NCBI GenBank assembly: GCA_020249045.1
Contig: JADCGK010000058.1
Span: 133 to 64,132, forward strand
Origin: Azospirillum sp.
GTDB lineage: Bacteria > Pseudomonadota > Alphaproteobacteria > CACIAM-22H2
DNA: 64,000 nucleotides
Direction: 5' to 3'
Positions 35,614 to 44,475 of the stretch are shown here, one piece after another; within the stretch, counting starts at the first letter, position 1, and each line of letters opens with the position of its first letter. The position numbers and the translations under genes are program-made. The notes under the pieces are model-generated. The model saw nothing but the letters and a program-made list of their open reading frames with translations. It searched no databases and was not told the DNA's origin.

Positions 35614-35665
35614 ATTTATCTAAACTTGGCACGATTATGCCGCAGATCGGTTAACGCGCCCTAAA
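35614..35665 (-). promoter_or_regulatory. Promoter of the upstream fliL with a CtrA-like box and a TTTAGATAAAT motif
   Basis: Minus strand TTTA-gggcgcg-TTAAC-N10-CATAAT-N9-TTTAGATAAAT. Confidence 0.7.
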
Positions 35666-35708
35666 GACCGGGCTACGATCCGCCTCCCCTCGTTTCGGAG
35701 ATTCGCCC

Positions 35709-36764
35709 ATGGACCGCCGCACGATGTTGTCCGCTGGCGTCGCCGGCGCTTTGGCGGCGCCCGCGATCGCCACCGCCCAAACCGGCCCGATCCGCTTGCG
35801 GATGACGACGATCGTGCCCGAGGGCACCTATCTGTTCACGGCGTTCACGCGCCGCTTCGTGGACCACGTCCGTACGTTGACCGACGGCCGGGTCGAAATC
35901 CAAGCCTTTCCGGCCGGCGTGCTTGCCCCGCCTTTCGACGTCTACCGCGCGGTCGAGGACGGGCGCGCGGATATGGGGCATGCGCCGCCCGCGCTGATCT
36001 TCCAGCGCGACCCGGCCATGGCACTGTTTACCAGTTTTCCAGGCGGGCTCGGCATCGAGGCGACGATGCACTGGCTTTACGAGGGCGACGGGCTGAAGCT
36101 GCTGGTCGACCATCACCGCGACCGGCTGGGGCTGCAGCCGATCGTCGCGGGCATCGCGACGACGGAAGTCTTCGCGCATTCCTGGAAGCCCATCCGCACG
36201 GCCGCGGACATGCGCGGGCTCAAATTCCGCACGCTCGGCGTCTGGGGTGAGATCCTGCGCGGCTTCGGCGCCGAACCGGTCGCGACCCCCACCGCCGATG
36301 TGGCCGCCGCGCTCGAGCGGCGCGTCATCGACGCGGCCAAGATGGCGGCCCCGGCGGACAACCTCCAGATGGGGCTGAACCGCATCGCCCCCTATATCGT
36401 CGTACCCGGCGCGCATCTGCCGGGCGGCTATTTCACCGCCTTCCTGCGCGCCGAACGCTGGGCGCGGATCCCCGAGGAACTCCAGCGCCGCATCCTGCTC
36501 GCAGGACGGCTGACGAGCTTCGATTCCTACGTCGAGAAGGGCCGCATGGACCTCGATGCGATGGCCGAGTTCCGCAAGGGCCGCGCCGAACTCGTCACCC
36601 TCGATCCGGCCTTCGTCGCCGCGATCAAGGCCGCCGCGCGCCAATGGGCCCGCACGGCCGCGCAAACGGCCGCCGCGCAAGGCAATCCCTGGCCCGAGCG
36701 CGTGATGAACTCGGTTTTCGCCTTCCAGGACAAGTGGGAGGAAAATGCCGTTTACCGGCTTTGA
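35709..36764 (+). CDS. dctP: TRAP transporter substrate-binding protein (TakP-like)
   Basis: Tat signal MDRRTML, TDGRVEI, KPIRTAADMRGLKFRTLG, ALERRVIDA. Confidence 0.88.
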   Translation: MDRRTMLSAGVAGALAAPAIATAQTGPIRLRMTTIVPEGTYLFTAFTRRFVDHVRTLTDGRVEIQAFPAGVLAPPFDVYRAVEDGRADMGHAPPALIFQRDPAMALFTSFPGGLGIEATMHWLYEGDGLKLLVDHHRDRLGLQPIVAGIATTEVFAHSWKPIRTAADMRGLKFRTLGVWGEILRGFGAEPVATPTADVAAALERRVIDAAKMAAPADNLQMGLNRIAPYIVVPGAHLPGGYFTAFLRAERWARIPEELQRRILLAGRLTSFDSYVEKGRMDLDAMAEFRKGRAELVTLDPAFVAAIKAAARQWARTAAQTAAAQGNPWPERVMNSVFAFQDKWEENAVYRL

Positions 36765-37236
36765 GCGCCGCGCGGCGGATGCGGGCCTCGCGCTCGCCTG
36801 TGCGGCTGCCGGGCTCACGCTCGGGCTGATGCTGCTTGAAGTGGCGTTGCGCTACGTCTTCTCGGCACCGACTGTATGGACGCCCGAATTGGTCGGGATG
36901 ACGAACGGCGCGATCTTCGTCTTCGCCGCCGGCCCCGCCTTGCGCGCGGGCGCGCATGTTTCGGTCGACGCGTTGACGCGCTTCCTTCCCACCCGCGCGC
37001 GCGACGGCGTACTCGCCGTTTTCTTCGCGGGTTTGCTGCTGCCCGTGCTGATCGTGCTGATCGACGCGGGCATCGGGCGCGCGTGGACGGCCTTCGCGCG
37101 CGGCGAAGTCAACGACGTCAGCCCCTGGCGGCATGCGGTCTGGCCGCATTACGCGCTGCTGACCCTCGGTCTTTCCGGGCTGGCACTGCAGGTCGCCTTC
37201 GAGGCTTTCGCGCGCGCCAAACGGGCTTTCGGATGA
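36745..37236 (+). CDS. dctQ: TRAP small permease
   Basis: EVALRYVFSAPTVW..EL, GAHVSVD; four TM. Confidence 0.88.
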   Translation: MPFTGFERRAADAGLALACAAAGLTLGLMLLEVALRYVFSAPTVWTPELVGMTNGAIFVFAAGPALRAGAHVSVDALTRFLPTRARDGVLAVFFAGLLLPVLIVLIDAGIGRAWTAFARGEVNDVSPWRHAVWPHYALLTLGLSGLALQVAFEAFARAKRAFG

Positions 37237-38549
37237 TCGAGGGGGCCGCGATCTGGATGTTTCCGGCGCTGTTCGCGCTGGTTTTCGCGGGCGTGCCGGT
37301 CGGCTTCGCACTGATCGTCGTGGCGGCGATCTTCGGCTACGGGTTTTTCGGCGAAGCGCTCGGCCGCCAAATGTTCGGAAGATTGGTCGAAGTGTCCTCC
37401 GGCTTCGCCTTCGCGGCCGTACCGGCCTTCGTGTTCATGGGGGCCGTGCTCGAGAAATCGGGGATCGCGGAGCGGTTGTTCGATGCGATGCGCCTGTGGC
37501 TCGGCCGGTTGCCCGGGGGGCTGGCGCTCGCCGCGATCGCGATGGCGGCGATCTTCGCGGCCGCCACGGGCATCATCGGCGCGGTCGAGGTGGTGATCGG
37601 CCTGATGGCGATCCCGCCGATGATGGCCGCCCGCTACGACAAGCGCTTGGTCGCGGGAACGATTTGTGCGGGCGGTTCGCTCGGCACGATCGTGCCGCCC
37701 TCGGTCACGGCCGTGATCTATGGTCTGGTCGCGCAAGTGCCGATCTCGGATCTGCTCGCCGGAATTCTGATCCCCGGCGCGCTGACGGTCGGCTTGTTCA
37801 TGGGCTACATCCTGCTGCGCTGCGCGTTCGATCCAACGGCCGGACCGCCCGCCCCGCCCGACGAACGGCCGCTGGCGGAGAAGCTCGCCCTCACCGCGCG
37901 CGCGCTGTTGCCGGCGGCGGCGCTGATCGCTTGCGTGCTGGGTGCCATTTTCGCCGGGATCGCCTCGCCGACGGAAGCCGCCGCGACCGGGGCGGCGGGG
38001 GCACTGGCGCTCGCCGGTCTTCACGGGCGGCTCGATGCGGCGCTGGTGCGCGACGCGGCCCGGCGCACGGCGCTGGTCACCGCGATGATCATGACGATCG
38101 TTTTCGGCGGAACGCTGTTTTCGAGCGTCTTCCATGTGCAAGGCGGCGGCGAACTCGTGCGCGGCTGGGCCGCTTTCGCCGCCGCGCGGCCCGAAATCCT
38201 CGTTCCCGTTCTGCTCGGCATCGTTTTCGCGATGGGCTTCGTTCTCGACTGGGCGACGATCGTGCTGCTGTGCGTGCCGGTCTTCGCGCCCTTGCTGCAA
38301 AGCGCCGGCGTCGATCCGCTGTGGTTCGGCGTGGCGATGCTGGTCTGCATCCAGACGAGCTATCTGACCCCGCCGATGGCGCCCGCGATTTTCTACCTGC
38401 AAAGCGTGGCCCCGCCGGGTATGACCTATCTCGACATCTGCCGCGGTGTGGTGCCGTTCCTGATTTGCCAGTTGCTCGTCCTCGCCGCCGTACTCGCCTT
38501 CCCCTGGACGGCGACCTGGCTGCCGGGGGCGATGGGGGATTTCCGATGA
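37233..38549 (+). CDS. dctM: TRAP large permease
   Basis: AVPAFVFMG, GTICAGGSLGTIVPPS, SPTEAA, QTSYLTPP. Confidence 0.93.
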   Translation: MIEGAAIWMFPALFALVFAGVPVGFALIVVAAIFGYGFFGEALGRQMFGRLVEVSSGFAFAAVPAFVFMGAVLEKSGIAERLFDAMRLWLGRLPGGLALAAIAMAAIFAAATGIIGAVEVVIGLMAIPPMMAARYDKRLVAGTICAGGSLGTIVPPSVTAVIYGLVAQVPISDLLAGILIPGALTVGLFMGYILLRCAFDPTAGPPAPPDERPLAEKLALTARALLPAAALIACVLGAIFAGIASPTEAAATGAAGALALAGLHGRLDAALVRDAARRTALVTAMIMTIVFGGTLFSSVFHVQGGGELVRGWAAFAAARPEILVPVLLGIVFAMGFVLDWATIVLLCVPVFAPLLQSAGVDPLWFGVAMLVCIQTSYLTPPMAPAIFYLQSVAPPGMTYLDICRGVVPFLICQLLVLAAVLAFPWTATWLPGAMGDFR

Positions 38550-38947
38550 CCGAGCCGCGCGACGACGTGCTTGCCCGATGGTACGCCGCAATCAAGGCGG
38601 GCGATGCCGCCGCCCTCGCTCAAGCCGCGACGCCCGACGTTCGGATCCGCTGGAACGGCCCGCGCGCGGCGATCCCCTGGGCGGGCGAATGGGTCGGCGT
38701 CGCAGGCGCGCTCGAATTCTTCGGTCTGGTGGCCCAGCATCTGACGGTGCGCCGGATCGCGACCGTACAACGCATCGACGGCCCCCAATCCTGCGCGATG
38801 GTGCTGGAGGGCGATTGGGAAGTGCGCCGAACGGGCGAAGCGCTGAGTCTGCGCGCGGCGAACGTCTTCGCGTTCCGCGACGGCAAGGTCGCGGCCTACG
38901 ACGTCTATCCCGACAGCGCCGCGTTCGCCGCCGCTCTCGCGCGCTAG
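38546..38947 (+). CDS. SnoaL/NTF2-like protein
   Basis: WYAAIKAGD, PDVRIRW..P..IPWAGEWVG, FAFRDGKV; ATGA coupling to dctM. Confidence 0.82.
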   Translation: MTEPRDDVLARWYAAIKAGDAAALAQAATPDVRIRWNGPRAAIPWAGEWVGVAGALEFFGLVAQHLTVRRIATVQRIDGPQSCAMVLEGDWEVRRTGEALSLRAANVFAFRDGKVAAYDVYPDSAAFAAALAR

Positions 38948-40146
38948 GCCGCCCCCGTCTTGGGCCGGGCGGCGAGCCACGCGACGGCGACGAAAGCCAG
39001 GATCACGAACGGCAAGGACAGCCAGTTGATCGTCGCCCAACCGAAGGCGTGCTGCAGCGCGCCGGCACCGGCGGCCGTCGCGGCAACCGTCCCGAATACG
39101 AGGAAATCGTTCGCCGCCTGCATCTTCGCCTTCTCCGACGGGCGATAGGTTTCGGTCAGCAGCGTCGTGGCGCCGATGTAGAGGAAATTCCAGGCCAGCC
39201 CGAGCAGTATGAGCCCGACGTAGAAGTGCCAGAACGTCAGGCCCGACAGCACCACACCGGCGGACGCCGCGAACAGAACCGCCCCCGCCATCATGATGCG
39301 GTAGAGCCCGAACCGGTTGACGAGCGCGCCCGTGAAGAACGAGGGCGCGAACATCGCCAGCACATGGGCTTGGATCGTGCGCGCGGCGTCCTCGAACATC
39401 AGACCGCACGCGACCATCGCCAAGGGCGTCGCGTTCATCACCAGGGACATCGTCGCGTAGGCGACGATCCCCGCAATCAGCGCCACCACCGCCTTGGGCT
39501 GGGTCAACAATTCACCCAGCGGACGCGTCGCCCCGTGGCGTTCGTCGCCGGACGGCACCGGAATGTCGATATACTGCACGACGAGCACGGCGAGGATGGC
39601 GACGACGATCAACGCCGCGAAAGACCCTGCGAACGCGACCGGTGCAAGCAGGTCGTGCGTGGCTTTGGCGAGTTCGGGCCCCACGATACCGGCGATCACG
39701 CCGCCCGCGAGCACGTAGGAGATCGCCTTGCTTTTCCAGGCGCCCGACGCGCCGTCGGCCGCCGCAAAGCGGTAGAACAACCCGACGCCGTTGTAGACGC
39801 CGTTGAGCATCGCCCCGGCGCAGAACATCTGGAACGAGCCCATCAGAACCGCCGTCACACACACGACCTGCCCCGCCACGCCGAACGAGGCGCCCACGGT
39901 GAACCCGAAACGACGGCCCTTGAGCTTCATCAGATAGGATGCGGGGAACGTCGTCAGCATCGCGGCCAATTGCATCAAACCCATCGGCAGCGTCGCCAGC
40001 GCCTTGTTCTCGGCCAGCATGTGCCCGACCAGCGCCGCTTCGGCGATCATGGTCGACGTGCCGATCATCACCAGCGCCTGCGCGAAGGCCAGCAGCATCA
40101 CGTTGCGGCGCGAACGCGCCTCGGCGGTCGTCGATACGTCGGTCAT
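38944..40146 (-). CDS. MFS transporter
   Basis: About 12 TM; RRNVMLLA, GRRFGF, YRFAAAD, HVLAMFAPSFFTG, AWNFLYIGAT. Confidence 0.92.
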   Translation of the reverse strand: MTDVSTTAEARSRRNVMLLAFAQALVMIGTSTMIAEAALVGHMLAENKALATLPMGLMQLAAMLTTFPASYLMKLKGRRFGFTVGASFGVAGQVVCVTAVLMGSFQMFCAGAMLNGVYNGVGLFYRFAAADGASGAWKSKAISYVLAGGVIAGIVGPELAKATHDLLAPVAFAGSFAALIVVAILAVLVVQYIDIPVPSGDERHGATRPLGELLTQPKAVVALIAGIVAYATMSLVMNATPLAMVACGLMFEDAARTIQAHVLAMFAPSFFTGALVNRFGLYRIMMAGAVLFAASAGVVLSGLTFWHFYVGLILLGLAWNFLYIGATTLLTETYRPSEKAKMQAANDFLVFGTVAATAAGAGALQHAFGWATINWLSLPFVILAFVAVAWLAARPKTGAA

Positions 40147-40157
40147 GTCGGCGCTTT

Positions 40158-40191
40158 CCGAAGGGTCAATTGGGCCGAAGGGTCAATTGGG
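40158..40191. repeat. Exact 17-bp tandem duplication containing the FliL-like stop codon
   Basis: CCGAAGGGTCAATTGGG at 40158-40174 and 40175-40191. Confidence 0.95.
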
Positions 40192-40596
40192 CTGCACGCG
40201 CCGTTCGAGCACGCGCTCGAACACCACGTCCTCGACGACATGGGCATCGCCCAAAATCCGCGCGGCCGAACTCATCAGCCGGCGCTTGGCGCGCTCCTGA
40301 TCGAAGGAGTCGCCCACCGAGGCCACGTCGTTCAAGTCGAGGATGAACGCGTTCTGCAGCCGCACGAGATTTTCCTCGATCCGCTTGGCGTCGGCCGGCT
40401 TGGCGAGTTCCAGGCGCATCAGCAGCGCGTAATGCCGGACGACGCGATCGCCCTGGATCGCCGCGACGATCATCCGCGGCAGGACGAACTTGCCCTTCTC
40501 CGCACCGGTACCGGCGGCCGGCGGATCGGCGGCGAACGCCGTACCGCCGCCCGTCAGGGCCACGAGCAAAACCAGGAGTCGGACGAGGCGGCTCAT
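40183..40596 (-). CDS. FliL-like exported protein (divergent)
   Basis: Signal peptide ...GTAFA|A; LPRMIV...LMRLEL...NLVRLQNAFILDL...VEDVVFERV follows the FliL C-domain pattern. Confidence 0.6.
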   Translation of the reverse strand: MSRLVRLLVLLVALTGGGTAFAADPPAAGTGAEKGKFVLPRMIVAAIQGDRVVRHYALLMRLELAKPADAKRIEENLVRLQNAFILDLNDVASVGDSFDQERAKRRLMSSAARILGDAHVVEDVVFERVLERRVQPN

Positions 40597-40617
40597 GCCG
40601 CCGATAATGAACCGCCC

Positions 40618-41589
40618 TCAGAAATGGGTAAAGCCGCGACTGATGCGCGCGGCGGACATGCCGCTTATGTCGATCCGTCCGGGCGCGCCCGCGACAAGCG
40701 TACCGATACAAGAAATCCGCAAGCCGGAACGCGCGGCGGCGGCGTGCAATGCGCGGCTGTCCGCGCGCGCGGCGGCGAACAGCACCTCGTAGTCGTCCCC
40801 GCCCGTCAAAACGCGCTCGAACGCTGCCCCGGCCGCGAGCGCGCGCCGTGCGGCGGCGGAAAGCGGCACGTCCGCCGGTTCGATCCGCGCCGCCACGCCC
40901 GAGGCGCGCGCCAAATGGCCGAGATCGGCGAGCAGTCCGTCCGACACGTCGATCGCCGCGCGCGCGTAGCGGGCGAGCACCCGCGCGAACGCCACGCGCG
41001 GTTCGGGCAGGAAATAGCGCCGTTCGAGCGTGCGGTCGCGCCGCCCCCGCCCCTGCAGCGCGTCGAGGCCGAGCGCCGCATCGCCGATCGTGCCGGTGAC
41101 ATAGACGTCCATTCCCGCTTTGGCGCCCGCCCGCGCGATGCGGCGTCCGCGCGGACCAAGGCCGAGTGCGGTGATCGAAACCACCAGCGGACCGTCGGTG
41201 GAGCCCGTATCGCCGCCTAAAAGCGGGATGCGATAACGCGCGCCGTCGTCGGCCAAGCCCGCGGCGAAACGCGCGAGCCACGAATCGCGCGTGCCTCGCG
41301 GCAAAGCCAGCGTCATGAAATAGCCGTAAGGTGCCGCCCCTTTGGCGGCGAGATCCGAAAGATTGCGTCGCAACGCCTTCTTGGCGATCAGATCGGCGGG
41401 TTCGTCGCCCAGCGTGTGGGTGCCTGCGATCAATTGATCGGCGGTGACGATCAGATCCCGGCCCGGGGGCGCGCGCAAGGCGGCGACGTCGTCGGCGAGG
41501 TTCAGCGCTTCGCGCCGTCCTTGGGTCAACGGCCGGAACAGGGCCGCGATTGTCTCGAACTCGCCGCGCTTGCGCCGAGCCGGCGGCAT
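40618..41589 (-). CDS. thiL: Thiamine-monophosphate kinase
   Basis: GEFETI, DDVA, RNLSDLAAKGA, GGDT, DVSDGL..DL, GGDDYE, GFTHF. Confidence 0.95.
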   Translation of the reverse strand: MPPARRKRGEFETIAALFRPLTQGRREALNLADDVAALRAPPGRDLIVTADQLIAGTHTLGDEPADLIAKKALRRNLSDLAAKGAAPYGYFMTLALPRGTRDSWLARFAAGLADDGARYRIPLLGGDTGSTDGPLVVSITALGLGPRGRRIARAGAKAGMDVYVTGTIGDAALGLDALQGRGRRDRTLERRYFLPEPRVAFARVLARYARAAIDVSDGLLADLGHLARASGVAARIEPADVPLSAAARRALAAGAAFERVLTGGDDYEVLFAAARADSRALHAAAARSGLRISCIGTLVAGAPGRIDISGMSAARISRGFTHF

Positions 41590-41590
41590 G

Positions 41591-42061
41591 TCAGGCCATC
41601 TCGGCGGGCCGGCGCTCGCGCGCGATGCGGTCGAGCACGCCGTTGATGAAGCCGGCTTCCGCGCCCGCGTCGAAGGCGTGGGCGAGTTCCACATACTCGC
41701 CGATCGTCGTGCGCGCGGGGATGTCGGGGCGCGCGAGGATCTCGTAGACGCCCGCGCGCAACGCCGCGCGCAATACCGGATCGATGCGCGCCAGAGTCCA
41801 ATTTTTGGCCAGCGCCGGTGCGATCAGCCCATCGATCTCGGGTCTGCGCGACCAAGCGCCTTCGACGACCGCCTTGAAGAAATCGGCGTCGGCCGCGGCC
41901 CAATCGGGTCCGCCCAAGCCGGGCTTCAGCCGGAAGCGGCGGAATTCCTCGACCGTACGCGCCGGGTCCTCGGCGCGGAACTCGACCTGATAGAGCGCCT
42001 GGACGGCGGCCAAACGCGCGGTCGTGCGCGCGCCCTTGACGCCTTCGGACCGGCCGCTCAC
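41591..42061 (-). CDS. nusB: Transcription antitermination factor NusB
   Basis: ARLAAVQALYQ, EYVELAHAF, GFINGVLDR; GTGA overlap with ribH. Confidence 0.94.
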   Translation of the reverse strand: MSGRSEGVKGARTTARLAAVQALYQVEFRAEDPARTVEEFRRFRLKPGLGGPDWAAADADFFKAVVEGAWSRRPEIDGLIAPALAKNWTLARIDPVLRAALRAGVYEILARPDIPARTTIGEYVELAHAFDAGAEAGFINGVLDRIARERRPAEMA

Positions 42062-42543
42062 GACGAAGCGCCCAACGAACGCTTGAAGGCGGCCATCGCC
42101 AACGCCGCGTTGGCGGCGTCCGCGCCCTTGTTGCCCTGGTCGCGCTTGGCGCGCGCCCAGGCTTGCGCCTCGTTTTCGACCGTCAGGATGCCGTAGCCGA
42201 TGGCCAATCCCTTGTGGACGGCGAGATCCTGAAGCCCGCGCGCGCTTTCGCCGCAGACATAATCGTAATGCGTGGTCTCGCCCCGGATGACGCACCCCAG
42301 TGCGACGTAGGCGTCGAAGGGCTTCGCGGCGGCGGCCATCGCGATCGCGCCGGGAATTTCGAATGCACCCGGAACGGCCACGCGTACGGCCGTGCCGCCC
42401 ACGGCCGCGATCGCGGCTTGCGCGCCGGCGGCCAGTTCGTCGGCGATGGCGCCGTAGAATCGCGCTTCGACGATGAGGACGCGCGGCGGCGCGCCCGCGA
42501 AGGCTTCGCGCGTGGGGGCCGAGAAATCGCTGCCGCCGAACAT
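42058..42543 (-). CDS. ribH: 6,7-dimethyl-8-ribityllumazine synthase
   Basis: VEARFY, VPGAFEIP, LGCVIRGETTHYDYV, GILTVE, NKG. Confidence 0.96.
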   Translation of the reverse strand: MFGGSDFSAPTREAFAGAPPRVLIVEARFYGAIADELAAGAQAAIAAVGGTAVRVAVPGAFEIPGAIAMAAAAKPFDAYVALGCVIRGETTHYDYVCGESARGLQDLAVHKGLAIGYGILTVENEAQAWARAKRDQGNKGADAANAALAMAAFKRSLGASS

Positions 42544-43667
42544 CAGAGCGCCCGATGCCCGACGACGTTGAGCCCGTAGCCTTCGAGGCCGACGATCGCG
42601 CGGCGCGCGTTGGTCAGCAGCACCATGTCGCGTACCCCCAGATCGAGCAGAATTTGCGCGCCGATTCCGTAATCGCGCAATTGCGCGCCGGAGTCGGCCG
42701 GCGCTTTGGCCAGCGGCGCGGGATTGGCCCGTTCGCCGAAACGCGCGCGCACGCGATCCGACAGGCTGGTCGCGCGCGGCTCGCGCAACAGCACGACGAC
42801 GCCGCGCCCGCCTTGCGCGATGGCGCGCATGGCCGATTGCAATTGCCCCGACCGGCCCGCGGCCCGGTCGCCCAGCACGTCGTCGAGCACCGAGAGTGCA
42901 TGCATGCGCACCGGCACGGGATCGGCACCGGCGATATCGCCCTTCACCAGCGCGATATGCTCGGCGTAGGCGGCGGTGTTGACGTAGACGTACATGCGCC
43001 ACGTGCCGCCGTGCTCGCTTTCGAACTCGGTTTCGAGTACGCGCTCGACCACGCGGTCGTGTTTGCGGCGATAGGCGATGAGGTCGGCGATCGTGCCGAC
43101 CTTGAGGCCGTGATACTGGGCGAACTTCACGAGATCGGGCAGACGCGCCATCGTGCCGTCGTCGTTCATGATCTCGCAGATGACGCCCGCGGGCGTCAGA
43201 CCCGCCATCCGCGCGATGTCGACGGCCGCCTCGGTATGGCCCGCGCGCACCAGCGTTCCGCCGTCGCGCGCCATCAGCGGGAACACATGGCCGGGCGACC
43301 CGATATCGTCGCCCCCCTTGGTCGGATCGATGGCAACCTGGATCGTGCGCGCGCGGTCGGCGGCGGAAATGCCGGTCGTGATGCCTTCGCGCGCTTCGAT
43401 CGAGACGGTGAACGCGGTTTGATGGCGCGAGGCGTTGTCCGGGCTCATCGGCTTCAGGCCCAGGGTTTCGCAGCGCGCGCGCGTCATGGCAAGGCAGATG
43501 AGCCCGCGGCCGTATTTGGCCATGAAGTTGACGGCCTCCGGCGTCGCGAACTGCGCGGGGATCACCAGATCGCCCTCGTTCTCGCGGCTTTCGTCGTCGA
43601 CCAGAATGAACATCCGGCCGTTACGCGCGTCTTCGACGATGTCCTCGATCGCCGACAGGAACGCCAC
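42543..43667 (-). CDS. ribB: DHBP synthase fused to a degenerate GTP cyclohydrolase II domain (RibBX type)
   Basis: VDDESRENEGD, TGISAADR, PGHVFPL, RAGHTEA, GVICEI. The C-domain lacks the Zn-binding cysteines. Start uncertain (GTG 43667 chosen). Confidence 0.9.
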   Translation of the reverse strand: MAFLSAIEDIVEDARNGRMFILVDDESRENEGDLVIPAQFATPEAVNFMAKYGRGLICLAMTRARCETLGLKPMSPDNASRHQTAFTVSIEAREGITTGISAADRARTIQVAIDPTKGGDDIGSPGHVFPLMARDGGTLVRAGHTEAAVDIARMAGLTPAGVICEIMNDDGTMARLPDLVKFAQYHGLKVGTIADLIAYRRKHDRVVERVLETEFESEHGGTWRMYVYVNTAAYAEHIALVKGDIAGADPVPVRMHALSVLDDVLGDRAAGRSGQLQSAMRAIAQGGRGVVVLLREPRATSLSDRVRARFGERANPAPLAKAPADSGAQLRDYGIGAQILLDLGVRDMVLLTNARRAIVGLEGYGLNVVGHRAL

Positions 43668-43734
43668 GTCCGCCCGGCCGGTGGCCAGGATTTCCTTCTG
43701 CTTGCCCGTAAGATTTTTGGCCAAAACCGCCGCC

Positions 43735-44343
43735 TTATTTGCCCAGGATGCGCGCAACATAGCGCGCCAGGGCGTCGATTTCCAAGTTGACCCGGTCGCC
43801 CGGCACAAGCCCGCCCAAGGTCGTGGCCGTCCAGGTATGGGGAATGACGTTGATCGCGAAGCGGCACGCGCCGTCGGGGCGGTCCTCGACGTCGTTGACG
43901 GTCAGCGAAACGCCGTCGAGCGCCACGGATCCTTTGGGCGCAATGAAGCGCGCGAAGTCGCGTGGCACTTCGAACACCAGCCGATGCGATCCCCCGACGG
44001 CGGCGGCCGACACGAGTTGGGCCGTACCGTCGACATGCCCCGATACGATATGCCCGCCGAGTTCCTGGCCCAGCTTCAAGGACGGTTCGAGATTGATTTC
44101 GGTGCCTTCGGTCCAGCCGCCGAGCGTGGTTTTGGACAAGGTCTCGGCCGACGCCTCGACCGCGAACCAGTCCGCCCCTTTTTCGACCGCCGTCAGACAG
44201 CAGCCCGAACACGCGATCGAAGCGCCGATCTCCGTCGCGGACAGGTCGAGCGCGGTGCGGACGACGAGGCGCGTGTCGCTGGTCTTCGCGGCGGGCGCGA
44301 CCGACACGATGCGGCCTTTGTCGAGGACGATACCGGTGAACAT
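43735..44343 (-). CDS. ribE: Riboflavin synthase (alpha chain)
   Basis: MFTGIV, GASIACSGCCLT, GGHIVSGHVD, KGSVALDGVSLT, VNLEID. Confidence 0.97.
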   Translation of the reverse strand: MFTGIVLDKGRIVSVAPAAKTSDTRLVVRTALDLSATEIGASIACSGCCLTAVEKGADWFAVEASAETLSKTTLGGWTEGTEINLEPSLKLGQELGGHIVSGHVDGTAQLVSAAAVGGSHRLVFEVPRDFARFIAPKGSVALDGVSLTVNDVEDRPDGACRFAINVIPHTWTATTLGGLVPGDRVNLEIDALARYVARILGK

Positions 44344-44475
44344 GGCCGCGCAACTTAGTCGCGCGGGGGCCCGATTACCAGCCCCACGGCCCGCCCCCCG
44401 GAAACGCTTGACGCGGACCGGCGGAACGGGAATGACCGTTTAAAGGCCAACGGACGCGGAGCGGGCGAGGCTGGG

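Noticed and set aside
35627-35641. Sigma54-like TGGCACGATTATGC near fliL/dctP
   Set aside because: GG-to-GC spacing is 9 nt, not the required 10; better explained as the -10 region of the minus-strand promoter.
44344-44475. Possible FMN riboswitch upstream of ribE
   Set aside because: No RFN consensus blocks are visible, and the region is short and shared with a divergent promoter.
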